Source of the DNA: Myxococcales bacterium
GTDB taxonomy: Bacteria; Myxococcota_A; Polyangia; Polyangiales; DASUME01
DNA length: 64,000 nucleotides
Direction: 5' to 3'
Assembly (NCBI GenBank): GCA_047601445.1
Contig: JASGJH010000001.1
Span: 9,024,001-9,088,000, forward strand
The translations under genes were made by a program, and so were the position numbers. Below the pieces are notes generated by a model that did not search any database, was not told the DNA's origin, and worked only from the letters and a program-made list of their open reading frames with translations. Positions 51,399-62,845 of the stretch are shown here, one piece after another (position 1 is the stretch's first letter; every line of letters starts with the position of its first letter).

Positions 51399-52352
51399 TC
51401 ATCCCTTGCGGGGAAGACGAATCACCTTGGCGGCCCGACCACCGCCGGCCGCCGGGTCCACGGGCGGCAAGGAGAGCAGGAGCCGCTCGATGTGGGGCAG
51501 GGCGCGCTGGACGTTGCCCTCCGCGTGCAGCGGTGAGTAGGTCTCATCGAAGATCAAGGCCAGCTGGTATTGACCCGCGATGGCGTGGGCGAAGCACTGA
51601 ATGAGAGGGCCTCGCAGCTCCGAACGGGTGAGCTCACGATCGCGCGACGCGCGCTCCCGAATCTCCAGCAGGGCCCGCGCGCCGCGCAGCCGCCGCGCCG
51701 CCGCAGCCAGTCCGCCCTTGTCGGACAGCGCTCCCAGCACGTCGAGCTCGCCCTGCAGGGTCCGCAGCGCCACCGGCCCGAGCTTGGCCTCGCGCAGGCG
51801 TTGATGGGCCTCGGCCGCCGGAGCGGCCAAGAGTTCCGCCCAAGTGAGCCCCGTTCCCACCAGCATGTTGTCGGCCCGGGCCGCCATGATCAGCGCGTCC
51901 AGGTCGAGCCCCTCCTCGAGTGCCTCCGAACAGCCCCAAATCACGGGCGAGTACACGTCGATGATCCAGACGGTCTCGGCACCTGTGCGCTCGGCCAGCG
52001 CTGCCAGAGCATGGTCGAGCTCGCGCCGCAGCACCGTGGGCGTGCGCGTGGGGCTATCGGCCACCGGTTGGGCGACGGTCTCGCGGAAGGACTCCACGAC
52101 CGCCAATAGACGCGCTTCGGCTCCCGGTCGGTCCCGCGGCGGCTCGGCGAACACGGCCACCACGCGGCGCGACTCCTCGAGCGGGGCCCAGATGAGGCAG
52201 GGGTCCGTGGGCGCGCTGCCCCCGATCTCGATGCGCGCGTCCTGGGCGCCGAGACGCTTCTGAAGCATGTCGAGCAGCTTGAGCCAGACCTGGTCCTTCA
52301 CGCTCCCAGTGTCCGCGGCTGGGGTGGGATAGTCGAGCGGATTTCGGGGCAC
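51399..52352 (-). CDS. Hypothetical protein (start may be GTG 52301)
   Basis: Protein-like 317-aa ORF filling the gap between two minus-strand genes; no recognised motif. Confidence 0.7.
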   Translation of the reverse strand: MPRNPLDYPTPAADTGSVKDQVWLKLLDMLQKRLGAQDARIEIGGSAPTDPCLIWAPLEESRRVVAVFAEPPRDRPGAEARLLAVVESFRETVAQPVADSPTRTPTVLRRELDHALAALAERTGAETVWIIDVYSPVIWGCSEALEEGLDLDALIMAARADNMLVGTGLTWAELLAAPAAEAHQRLREAKLGPVALRTLQGELDVLGALSDKGGLAAAARRLRGARALLEIRERASRDRELTRSELRGPLIQCFAHAIAGQYQLALIFDETYSPLHAEGNVQRALPHIERLLLSLPPVDPAAGGGRAAKVIRLPRKG

Positions 52353-52376
52353 GAATGTCTGAAAAGCGAAGTCCCT

Positions 52377-53315
52377 TCAGGCTGCCGGGCGATTTACGTC
52401 GTTCGCCTGGTTCCGCGGACCGCAGTTGGCCGGCTCCCGCTTCTGCGCGAGCACCATCAACTGGTAGGGGGCCACGTGGAGTCGGGCGAGCGGCTCTTCG
52501 ACCAGCCGCACCAGGCTCGTCGGCGGCAGCGCCAACGCGAGGCTCTTGATCGCCTCGACTACCGGACCCAACAGGGGAATTCGGGCGCGACTTGGCCAAT
52601 TGATGACCTGAACGAGGTGCGAGGCGTAGCGGAAATTTTCGGAGATGTGGATCGGTGTGAAGCCGGCCGCGGAGAGCAGGCGGGAGAAGCCGGCCGCGGT
52701 GTACGTGCGGGCGTGGTCCGGGTTGTGACGGGGGCGCTCGAGGGGAAGGAAAAACAAGCCGTATCCCCCGGCGCGCGTGTGTTGAGCCAGTTGCGTCAGC
52801 GTGTGCAGATCGTCGGGCACGTGTTCGATGACATGGGAGGCGATCACGATGTCGTAGTCGCTGGACGGGAAGCTGGAGTTGCCGTCGGAGCTCGCCACAC
52901 GAAAGTCAGCCTCTGCATAGGACGCGAGCCGCGGGTCGTCGCGCAGGGCGTTGACCGCGCTTTCGGAGATCTCCGAGCCGTGGAGGCTCGAGCTGGTGTC
53001 GAAGCGCATCAGCAGCGAGCCGGTGCCGAAGCCGAGCTCGAATACGCGCTGGCGCTCGAAGGGAATGTCGTGCCGTCGAAACAGCTCCTCCATCAGGAAC
53101 AGGCGATAGCGCGCGTCGTAACGGAGGAAGTCGTGGACGGCGCGGAAGTGGGCGTAGCGCCGTGCATACACGCGGCGTTGCTGGTCGACCCAGGCCGTCT
53201 GCGCACGTTCGGACGCGGAGGGCGGCGAAGCCGGGGGGAATGAATGCGCGGGGATGCCGGCGCGTTCGAGGTTCGACGTGGGGAAGGTCGACTGCAGGGG
53301 CATGCGCATGGTCAT
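52377..53315 (-). CDS. Class I SAM-dependent methyltransferase
   Basis: VFELGFGTG motif I, YDIVIASHVIEHVPDD. Confidence 0.88.
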   Translation of the reverse strand: MTMRMPLQSTFPTSNLERAGIPAHSFPPASPPSASERAQTAWVDQQRRVYARRYAHFRAVHDFLRYDARYRLFLMEELFRRHDIPFERQRVFELGFGTGSLLMRFDTSSSLHGSEISESAVNALRDDPRLASYAEADFRVASSDGNSSFPSSDYDIVIASHVIEHVPDDLHTLTQLAQHTRAGGYGLFFLPLERPRHNPDHARTYTAAGFSRLLSAAGFTPIHISENFRYASHLVQVINWPSRARIPLLGPVVEAIKSLALALPPTSLVRLVEEPLARLHVAPYQLMVLAQKREPANCGPRNQANDVNRPAA

Positions 53316-53327
53316 ACGGAGGCCGAT

Positions 53328-53343
53328 TGCAGCGGTCGTGCCA
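53328..53343 (-). promoter_or_regulatory. Sigma-54 -24/-12 promoter
   Basis: Minus strand TGGCACGACCGCTGCA = GG-N10-GC, just upstream of ATG 53315. Confidence 0.7.
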
Positions 53344-53475
53344 GCTCGTGCGCGTCACAAATCTCACGGATCTGCCCGATCGGGCCGGCAAACGTGAAAA
53401 ATGCGCCCACACCCTGAGGTCCACCGGGCACGGCGAGAGTGAACCCGAGGTGCTTCGAGCTACACTCGGCCCGCG

Positions 53476-54072
53476 ATGAGCGTCACTCCCAATAGCTTCG
53501 ACCGCGCTTACTACGAGCGCTTCTACGAGGACCCCAAGACGCGGGTCAGCGATCGCGCGCAAGTGGCCAAGCTAGGCGATTTCGTGTGCAGTTACTTGAG
53601 CTACCTCGAGCTGCCCGTGCGCCGCATGTTGGACGTGGGCTGCGGGGTAGGGCACTGGCAGTCCACCCTGCGCCGGCACTTCCCGAGCGCGCGCTACCAG
53701 GGCGTGGAGTACAGCCAGTACCTGTGTGAGCGCTACGGCTGGGAGCAGGGCTCCGTGGTGGACTATCGCGCCAAGCAACCCTTCGACCTGGTGATCTGCC
53801 AGGGCGTGCTGCCTTACCTCGACGCCCGCGCGGCCAAGGCGGCCATCGACAACCTGGGCAGCTTGTGTCGCGGAGCGCTCTACGTAGAGGCCGTCACCAA
53901 GGAAGATTGGGACGATGGCATCCTCGACAAGCGCCGCACCGATCGCAGCATGCAGCTGCGGCCCGCGCGCTTCTATCGGCGGGCGCTGTCGGCGCACTTT
54001 CAAGCCATCGGCGGTGGACTCTGGCTCTCGAACCGGGCCCGGGTAGCGCTGTACGCGCTCGAGCGCGGTTAG
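53476..54072 (+). CDS. Class I SAM-dependent methyltransferase
   Basis: MLDVGCGVG, FDLVICQGVLPYL. Confidence 0.9.
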   Translation: MSVTPNSFDRAYYERFYEDPKTRVSDRAQVAKLGDFVCSYLSYLELPVRRMLDVGCGVGHWQSTLRRHFPSARYQGVEYSQYLCERYGWEQGSVVDYRAKQPFDLVICQGVLPYLDARAAKAAIDNLGSLCRGALYVEAVTKEDWDDGILDKRRTDRSMQLRPARFYRRALSAHFQAIGGGLWLSNRARVALYALERG

Positions 54073-54084
54073 GCGGAGCTAGCA

Positions 54085-54768
54085 GTGGACTTCTCCGAGC
54101 TCGACGCGATGATCGATCAGCTGGGGGCCAGGGCCCTGGTCGACACCTTGGAACCCTTTCTCACCGAGGCCCGCAAGGCCCGCATCGAACAGGTGCTCGC
54201 GGGGCGCCTCGAGTCGGTGCGCGTCGGCGTGGAGTGTCCCGAGGATCCCCACAACGCGGCCGCGGTCGTGCGCAGCGCCGAAGCGCTGGGCGCCATGCAC
54301 GTGCACGTGGTGGACGCTCCGACCGGCGCGCTGCACGCACCAGGCACCACCCAGGGAGCCTATTGCTGGGTGCACACCTATCACCATGCCTCGCTCGAGG
54401 AGCTGGTGGGTGCCATGCGGCGCGAAGGTGTAGCGCTGGCCGGGGCCATGATGGAGGGGGCCTTCACGCTGGAGGAGCTGCCGAATGATCGACCCCTGAT
54501 GATCTTGTTCGGCAACGAGGGCACCGGGCTCAGCTCGGCCGCTCAGGCCGCCTGCGACTTTACCTATCGCATCCCCATGGTGGGCATGAGCGAGAGCATG
54601 AACCTCTCGGTGTGCGCGGCGCTCTCGTTGTACAGCGCCACGCGGGCTCGGCGCGCGTACCTAGGCGCGAGCGGTGATCTCGGCGGCGCGCGCTTGCTGT
54701 ACGAGCGCGCGCGCTACTACGCCCGCAGTGTCGATCGGCGCATGCTCGACGCCCTGCTACGCAAGTAG
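54085..54768 (+). CDS. trmH: SpoU/TrmH family RNA 2'-O-methyltransferase
   Basis: DPHNAAAVVRSAEALG, FGNEGTGLS, IPMVGMSESMNLSV. Confidence 0.88.
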   Translation: MDFSELDAMIDQLGARALVDTLEPFLTEARKARIEQVLAGRLESVRVGVECPEDPHNAAAVVRSAEALGAMHVHVVDAPTGALHAPGTTQGAYCWVHTYHHASLEELVGAMRREGVALAGAMMEGAFTLEELPNDRPLMILFGNEGTGLSSAAQAACDFTYRIPMVGMSESMNLSVCAALSLYSATRARRAYLGASGDLGGARLLYERARYYARSVDRRMLDALLRK

Positions 54769-54777
54769 TCCGCCCGC

Positions 54778-55530
54778 TCAGGCGGCACGCAGGCGCGCGC
54801 TGCCGGCCTGATCTCGCTCGAGGCCACAGGCGTGGGCGACGTCGTCGCGGTAGTCCAGCCAGCCCGAGAGGCACTCGTCCATGGCGGAGATTACGGGCGC
54901 ATAGTCGGCGCGCTCCACGTGGGACAACAGCACGTGCCAGGCTGCCTTGCGATGGTCGCCTTCCACCGCGCGATGAGCCTTGGTCAGCGCCAGGCGCTCG
55001 AGCGGCAGTCCGTAGTGCTTCACCAGCGGGTGTTCCTCGAGCGGAGCTTGCGGGCGCTTGGGCGCGTTCTCTTCGAGCTCTCCGCGTTCGTAGGGCGTGC
55101 CCTCGAGGAACAGCGTGCTCGCCGCCGCAGCCACCGCCCAGCCGCGCTGCATGGTGGCTTGGTCGAGGATCTCGCGAAAGCGCCGCGCGCCAGGCAAGAG
55201 CTGCACGCGCTCGAAGCGCGACACGTCCATGCCGAGGCCACGCGGATACTCCAGGAACAACTCCGGATGCGGTCTGCCCGCCGCGATGCCGCCGGTCTCT
55301 TCCTCGTAGATGTTCTCGACGAGCTCACGCCGCACCGCCGCGAACGGGCACTGCACGTAGGCGCGCCCAACCAGCACCGGGAAGTCTCGCACGTAGACCT
55401 CATACTCCTGCTCGAGGTGGATGTGCAGCAGCTCCTTGGGGACGAGCCCCTTGCCGAACGCCGGCCACGCCCAGTGCAGCTTGCGTTCCATGGTCTTGAG
55501 CAGCGACTCCCGAAAGCTGGCTACATCCAC
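54778..55530 (-). CDS. Heme-oxygenase-like diiron (TenA/PqqC/CADD-like) protein
   Basis: ENIYEEETG...HPELF, FLEG, HRAVEGDH metal-ligand pattern; AAGGAGG SD before GTG 55530. Confidence 0.8.
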   Translation of the reverse strand: MDVASFRESLLKTMERKLHWAWPAFGKGLVPKELLHIHLEQEYEVYVRDFPVLVGRAYVQCPFAAVRRELVENIYEEETGGIAAGRPHPELFLEYPRGLGMDVSRFERVQLLPGARRFREILDQATMQRGWAVAAAASTLFLEGTPYERGELEENAPKRPQAPLEEHPLVKHYGLPLERLALTKAHRAVEGDHRKAAWHVLLSHVERADYAPVISAMDECLSGWLDYRDDVAHACGLERDQAGSARLRAA

Positions 55531-55602
55531 GACGCCCTCCTTGTTGGAACACGATTCGGCTCGCACCAAGCGCAGCAGGCAGTTGCTCGCGAATTCCCGC
55601 GC

Positions 55603-56465
55603 TTACTTAGGCTGACACGGAAGGTTCGCGTTCGGCACCCCGTAACCGCCGCAGGTGATGACGTTGCCGGCGCAGACCTGCTGCGACACGCGCAACGGAC
55701 CTACGAAACCCACGGCATCTCCCCAGCAGTATTCGAAGCCACAGTTGGGATCCCCAGGGCTGCACTTCAACATGCACTGGGTCCCGGTCTCTTCGCATCG
55801 GGTCTTCTTACAGCTGTCGGAGCCGCGGCAGTCGACGATGCAGTCACCGGCCCCCTTGCAGGTGGCGTTGCAAGTGCCCGTGTCGACGCAGTTGATCTCG
55901 CACACGTTCGTCAGGGACTTGTTGCACAGCGGGTTACACACGTCGGTGCCGCTGCAGTTGATGTCGCAGGCCGTCGTGGAATTGCAGAGCGGGGTACAAA
56001 GCTCGATGTCGGGACACTGGAGATCGCAGACTGAAGTGCCCTCGCAGTTGGGCATGGGATCTACCGGCGGCCCGGCTTCGTGGCCCGCGTCGTGTGCGCC
56101 CGCGTCCCCGGCGTCGGGAAGGTGCGGACCCGCGTCGGTACCAGCATCGTGGGCGGCGTCCGGCGTGTCGGCATCCCCTGCGTCGCGGTTCCCGCTGTCG
56201 CCCGCGTTGGCATCCATCTGCACGTCGAGCGCGGCGTCCATGGAGGCGTCGAGATCGATCGCAGCGTCCATGTCTGCGTCCAGGCCGGCGTCCTGCGGCG
56301 TGGTGTTTGTGTCGTCGCCGGCATCCTCCGATGCCAGCGAGGTATCCGGAACCTCGACGCCGGGCAGCCTTCCAGCATCCAGCCCGACGCCGTCGTAGCC
56401 CACCAGGAAGCACCCGCTCGACGTGAGCGCGATGCAGCTCGTGAGCACGCCGGCGAGGCCGCGCA

Positions 56466-56466
<1 letters not shown>
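55603..56466 (-). CDS. Lipoprotein with Asp/Ala/Gly-rich linker and 24-Cys repeat domain
   Basis: Lipobox TSSGC; many DA(G/A/S) units; C-x5-C-x3 periodicity; ATG overlaps kinase stop (TAATG). Confidence 0.85.
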
Positions 56467-58040
<1,574 letters not shown>

Positions 58041-58065
58041 GTTCGAGAATCGAACTATATCGTGA

Positions 58066-59493
58066 CTAGCGCAATCGGCGCAGGTAGTAGTGCACGCCGG
58101 TGACGGGGTGACTCACTCGTACGGCGAGCGCCCCCTTTGTCGGACTTACCGGTACCGTGGCACGGAAGCGACCTTGCGCGTCGAGTGCGACAGGTACGCC
58201 GTCGACCGACACGTCCGAGCGCAACAGTGCAGTTCCGGCTACTGGGATCTCGTTCCCAGGGTTTGGGCTGCCTTCGGCTGGCGCAGATAGGTAGGCGGAG
58301 CGCGCCGTGTTGTCGAAAACGATGCGCAAGCTGCCTTGCGCGGAGTGGTGACCATCGCTGGCGGTGAACGCGAACTCGTACTCGCCCTCGCCGAGCTCGC
58401 CCGATTTCAATTCGTGCTGCGGGCGCTTCAAGTCGTAACGCTGCTCACGACCGCCCTTGCGAATGACGAGGTTGTAACGCGCCGCGGCAGGCGCCTCCGA
58501 CCAACCCATCGCGACCACCGGCAACACGTTTTGATAGCGCACCGTGTAGCGCCGCCCGTCGGCCTCCACCTCGACGTGCGGCACCGTCTTCGGCAGCTCC
58601 ATGGTGGCGGGATCACGCTGCACGCGCAGGGTGCCCTCGTTGCCCACGGGCTTCTTGCCGCAGCGCATCTTGAGCCGATAGGAGCCCGCCGTGAGCCGCA
58701 CGACGACGGAGTCGCTGCCGCGGGCCGGCGTAAGCTGATTGCGGCCCGCTGGACCCGACACGTCCAGCACCATCGGTCCGTCGGCGCAGCTCTCGAGTCC
58801 CACGCGCACGTCCACCGGCAGCGTGGTCGCGTGCACCGTCGCGCTCTCGGGCCCGAGCAGCCCAAAGTCCGCGCGTGACGACGTGCTCACGCCGCTCTCG
58901 CTGTCGTTGGTCTCGGCGGCGACTTCGCTAGCCGGCTTGGGGGACGTGGCGGCCACTTCTGGCTGCTTGAGCGAAAGCTCCTGTCCCTGCGAGAGATTCA
59001 CCGTGGATCCGTCCTCTTGCTGGACCGTGACCTTGCCGACGAGCACGTCGAAGGTGACGTCGGATGTGGCGCCCTCACCGGCGTTCACGCGCACGCGCGC
59101 GCCTTTGCTCAAGCGCGCGAGGCCCCGCGCCGTGTGGACCTCGAGATCCAGACCGAGCGACGTCAGCTCCACGGCGCCCTCTTCCAGGGTGATGCGCTCG
59201 TTAGCGTTGCCGGGCGCCTGCGCCAGGAAACGCATGACCGTATTCGGTTCGACCACCGCGCTGCCCTCGGGGAACAGCCTGAGTCGCGCCACACTCTTGT
59301 CGCCCGTGCGCAAGCCGTCGCCCATCGAGAGCCGGTCGCCGCTCGCCGCGACGAGCCACGAGCCCTGCCTGGCAGCCAAATCGCGTTTCACATCGCCGCT
59401 CAACGTATCGAGCTCCGCCACCTCGCCACCCCCACAGGTGCCGGCGCAGGCGACGAGCCATGCAAACAGCAATCCCCACCAGCGTGGGTTCAC
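58066..59493 (-). CDS. FecR-like domain lipoprotein with C-terminal Ig/FN3-like domains
   Basis: Lipobox [33 protein letters not shown] FecR-like pattern; C-terminal [18 protein letters not shown]. Confidence 0.75.
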   Translation of the reverse strand: MNPRWWGLLFAWLVACAGTCGGGEVAELDTLSGDVKRDLAARQGSWLVAASGDRLSMGDGLRTGDKSVARLRLFPEGSAVVEPNTVMRFLAQAPGNANERITLEEGAVELTSLGLDLEVHTARGLARLSKGARVRVNAGEGATSDVTFDVLVGKVTVQQEDGSTVNLSQGQELSLKQPEVAATSPKPASEVAAETNDSESGVSTSSRADFGLLGPESATVHATTLPVDVRVGLESCADGPMVLDVSGPAGRNQLTPARGSDSVVVRLTAGSYRLKMRCGKKPVGNEGTLRVQRDPATMELPKTVPHVEVEADGRRYTVRYQNVLPVVAMGWSEAPAAARYNLVIRKGGREQRYDLKRPQHELKSGELGEGEYEFAFTASDGHHSAQGSLRIVFDNTARSAYLSAPAEGSPNPGNEIPVAGTALLRSDVSVDGVPVALDAQGRFRATVPVSPTKGALAVRVSHPVTGVHYYLRRLR

Positions 59494-60980
59494 TTGCGCG
59501 TTCTCCGCAAATCCACGACGAGGATGGTAACTCCGAGCCGCTCCACTTGCGCACTTCGCTCCTGGGTCTCGTGCCCTTCGGCGCTGATCCGGAGTCGATA
59601 GTCACCCGGCGGCACATCGATCAGGAAGGTTCCGTCGTCGGCGGTCTGGAGCACCTGGCCAGTGGTCAAAATCTCGACCTGAGCCTTGAGCGGGCCACCG
59701 CGCAAGCTGCGCACCTTGCCCTTGATTTCGCCTTCGGGGAGGCTGCGCTCCACCGGGACTGGAAGTTCCAGGTGGGCCTGCTCCAGCACCACGCGCTGGG
59801 AGGCGGGTTTGCAGCCCTGGGCCGTGACCTCGATGTCGAGCGCTTCGCCGCGCACCACGCGGAACCGGGCGCGTCCGCCGGCGTCGGTCTCGGCGCTCAA
59901 GGTCTCTTCGCCCATGGTCACGGTGACGGCCGCGCCGGCCATCGGGGCGTCCGCGTCGGTCACCAGGACCACCAGCTCGCCCTTGGCGGCGACCTTGGGC
60001 TGCTCCTCGGTCGCGCGGTCGAGGGGCTGTTCCGTGGGCTCCGGCGCCGGCTTCTTGCCGAGCAGGATGCCGAGCGTGAACGCCGCCCAAAAGCGCGGTT
60101 CGATGCGGATCAAGTCGTTGAACTGGGGGCGGCTGCTCAGGCCGAACCCGATTTCCGCGCCCGGCACCCAGCGCTCGCCCACCACGGTCTGCAGGGCCCC
60201 GCGGAGGCGCATGGGCGACTGCATGGGAGTCGGCGCGCCGGCGCCCACGTTCACATCCCAGCTCCACTCGCCGACGACGGTGAAGCGCCGAAGCTGAGCG
60301 GTGAGCATGGCGCCCGCCAACACCGCGTTGTAGCGGGAGACGGAGGCGCCGAGCTGGTCGGCTTGGCTCAGCGTGTCGGGGTTCTTCAGGGCGTGCGCGC
60401 TGCGGTCGAAGCGGTAGCCGAATACGCCGCTGAGCTCACCGCCCTCCCAGGCGGCCCACGAAGCCAACGCCGACAACTCCGAGGAGACGCCGGAGAATCC
60501 CAACTTGGTGGCGTTTGCGCCGGGGAAGCGGAAGCGCGTCTGCCCCGCCAGGGAGAACTTGGAGCCGACGGCGAAGGCGTGTCGCGTGGTGAGCTCGGTG
60601 CTACCTGCGAAACCCGAGTCGTTGCCCAGGCTCTTGCTGCGGTGGATGTCGTAGCGACCGTCCAGCTTCAGGGCCAGCTGGAGCCAGTTGAGCCGTGCAA
60701 AGGCACCCGCGAACTCGGAAAAGATGCGCTCGTGGTGATCGTCCGTGCCGAGCACGGCTTCGGTATGGGCATAGCCGAGCGAGAAAGCTCCGCGAAACGC
60801 GCGCAGGGTGTCGGATTTTGGCGTGAGCCGGGCCGAGCCGACGAAGCGGCCTCCGTCGAGACCTTCGGGACCGAGCGGTGCGGCCTGCGCGTGCAGCGAG
60901 CCCGCGCCCAGCAGCACAAATCCAAACACCCAGCACACAGCGACCGCCCAAAGGGCGCGGCCGGGGAGCACTTCCTTCAT
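59490..60980 (-). CDS. Outer-membrane beta-barrel protein with two carboxypeptidase-regulatory-like Ig domains
   Basis: Signal peptide; amphipathic aromatic strands (LGYAHTE, FGYRFDRS, GEWSWDV, FWAAFTLG); Pro linker; TDAGGRARF and TADDGTFLIDVPPGDYRLRISAEGH. Confidence 0.72.
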   Translation of the reverse strand: MKEVLPGRALWAVAVCWVFGFVLLGAGSLHAQAAPLGPEGLDGGRFVGSARLTPKSDTLRAFRGAFSLGYAHTEAVLGTDDHHERIFSEFAGAFARLNWLQLALKLDGRYDIHRSKSLGNDSGFAGSTELTTRHAFAVGSKFSLAGQTRFRFPGANATKLGFSGVSSELSALASWAAWEGGELSGVFGYRFDRSAHALKNPDTLSQADQLGASVSRYNAVLAGAMLTAQLRRFTVVGEWSWDVNVGAGAPTPMQSPMRLRGALQTVVGERWVPGAEIGFGLSSRPQFNDLIRIEPRFWAAFTLGILLGKKPAPEPTEQPLDRATEEQPKVAAKGELVVLVTDADAPMAGAAVTVTMGEETLSAETDAGGRARFRVVRGEALDIEVTAQGCKPASQRVVLEQAHLELPVPVERSLPEGEIKGKVRSLRGGPLKAQVEILTTGQVLQTADDGTFLIDVPPGDYRLRISAEGHETQERSAQVERLGVTILVVDLRRTRK

Positions 60981-61161
60981 AAGCACAGGGATCTTCTCAT
61001 CCCAAGGCGGTTGTCACCAACAGAACAATAGGGTGCCCGCGGCGTCCCCCGCGTTTTGTGACAAGGGGGGGCGAAAAGGGACAATCGAGGGGCATCTTGA
61101 AACCGCGCATTGTGTGCGTAACGATGCCAAGTGCACGCTCGGGGTGTGCGAGGGGAGAGCC

Positions 61162-62838
61162 ATGGAGATTGAGTCGAGCGATCTGGTCCTTGATCGCGCT
61201 TACGCCTGGGAACGTCAGATGCCCAACCGCATCTACATGACGCAGCCTATGGGACTGGGTGTGCTCCGCGAATACACCTGGCAGGCCACCCTCGATGAGG
61301 CCCGTCGGGTCGCTGCCCACCTGCAGTCGTACGGCTTTCCACCGGGCTCCAAGATCGCGATCATCTCCAAGAACTGCGCTCACTTCATCATGAGTGATCT
61401 GGCCATCTGGATGGCCGGGCACGTGTCCGTGGCGCTGTACCCCACGCTGCAGGCCGATACGGTCCGCTACATCCTAGAGCACAGCGAAGCCAAGCTCGCC
61501 TTCATCGGCAAGCTCGACGACTGGGAGAGCATGAAGGCCGGTGTGCCCGCCGGCATGCCATGCATCTCGTATCCGCTGAGTCCGCCCAACGACTTCCCCA
61601 CCTGGGATCGTCTGGTCAAAGACACGCAGCCCATCGCGGGCAGTCCCACACGCGGAGCCGACGAGACCGCGTTGCTCGTGTACACCTCGGGCAGCACGGG
61701 CAAGCCGAAGGGCGTCGAGCACACCTTCCGCGCGATGTCGACTGCGGGCAAGGGCGTCACCCAGGCGCTCCACATGAACTCGTCGGAGCGCATGCTCTCG
61801 TATTTGCCGCTCGCTCACGTGTTGGAGCGCTATGCGGTGGAGGCTGCCTCCCTCCGCATCGGCTCGCAGCTCTTCTTCGCGGAGGCTCTCGATACCTTCG
61901 TGCAAGACGTCCAGCGCTGCCAACCCACGATCTTCCACTCGGTGCCGCGCCTGTGGCTCAAGTTCCAGCAGGGCGTATTGGCCAAGATGCCCGCCGAGAA
62001 GCTCAACCGTCTGCTGCGCCTGCCCATCATCGGCAGCCTCGTGCGCAAGAAGGTGCTCAAGGGGCTGGGACTCCACAAGGCGCGCTTGGCGGTCAGCGGC
62101 TCGGCGCCCATCCCGCCCGAGCTCATCAATTGGTACCGCGCGCTCGGCCTCGAGTTGCTCGAGGGCTACGGCATGTCCGAGAATTTCGCCTACTCGCACG
62201 TCTCGCTGCCCGGGCGCTCGCGCGTCGGCTATGTGGGCAACTGCTTGCCCGATGTGGAACACCGCATCAGCCCCGAGGGCGAGATCCAGATCAAGAGCCC
62301 GGCCAACATGCGGGGTTACTTCAAGGAGCCCGAGCTGACCCGCCAGTCGTTCACCGACGATGGCTTCCTCAAGACGGGCGACCGCGGCGAGATCGACAGC
62401 GAAGGTCGCCTCAAGATCACGGGGCGTGTGAAGGAGCTGTTCAAGACCAGCAAGGGCAAATACGTGGCTCCCGCGCCCATCGAGAACCTGCTCAACGCCG
62501 ATCAGCGTATCGAGATGTCGTGCGTGGCGGGCGCGGGGCAGCCGCAACCGTTCGCCATGGTCATGCTCTCCGAGCAGCTGCGGAAGCAGCTCAAGCAGGG
62601 TGGGGCCGACCGCGCGGGCATCGAGCAGGCCATGCAGAACCTCGTGAATACCGTGAACAATCAGATCGAGGAGTACGAGCAGCTGAAGTTCGTGGTCATC
62701 GTCGAGCAAGAATGGCAAATCGAGAACGGCTTCTTGACGCCCACGCTCAAGCTCAAGCGCAACGTCGTCGAAGACGCCTACGGCAAGCACGTGCCTAACT
62801 GGTACGGCACGAACAAGCCAGTGCTCTGGCAGTCCTGA
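61162..62838 (+). CDS. Long-chain acyl-CoA synthetase (AMP-binding)
   Basis: YTSGSTGKPKGV, SYLPLAHV, EGYGMSE, LKTGDRG, GRVKELFKTSKGKYVAP, LTPTLKLKR. Confidence 0.95.
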   Translation: MEIESSDLVLDRAYAWERQMPNRIYMTQPMGLGVLREYTWQATLDEARRVAAHLQSYGFPPGSKIAIISKNCAHFIMSDLAIWMAGHVSVALYPTLQADTVRYILEHSEAKLAFIGKLDDWESMKAGVPAGMPCISYPLSPPNDFPTWDRLVKDTQPIAGSPTRGADETALLVYTSGSTGKPKGVEHTFRAMSTAGKGVTQALHMNSSERMLSYLPLAHVLERYAVEAASLRIGSQLFFAEALDTFVQDVQRCQPTIFHSVPRLWLKFQQGVLAKMPAEKLNRLLRLPIIGSLVRKKVLKGLGLHKARLAVSGSAPIPPELINWYRALGLELLEGYGMSENFAYSHVSLPGRSRVGYVGNCLPDVEHRISPEGEIQIKSPANMRGYFKEPELTRQSFTDDGFLKTGDRGEIDSEGRLKITGRVKELFKTSKGKYVAPAPIENLLNADQRIEMSCVAGAGQPQPFAMVMLSEQLRKQLKQGGADRAGIEQAMQNLVNTVNNQIEEYEQLKFVVIVEQEWQIENGFLTPTLKLKRNVVEDAYGKHVPNWYGTNKPVLWQS

Positions 62839-62845
62839 GGCGGTC

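Noticed and set aside
48698..51604. 968-aa plus-strand ORF and other long antisense ORFs (e.g. 4744-6666, 10310-12145, 18533-20515, 59460-61031)
   Set aside because: Shadows of real genes on the opposite strand, expected from high-GC codon bias; no recognisable motifs.
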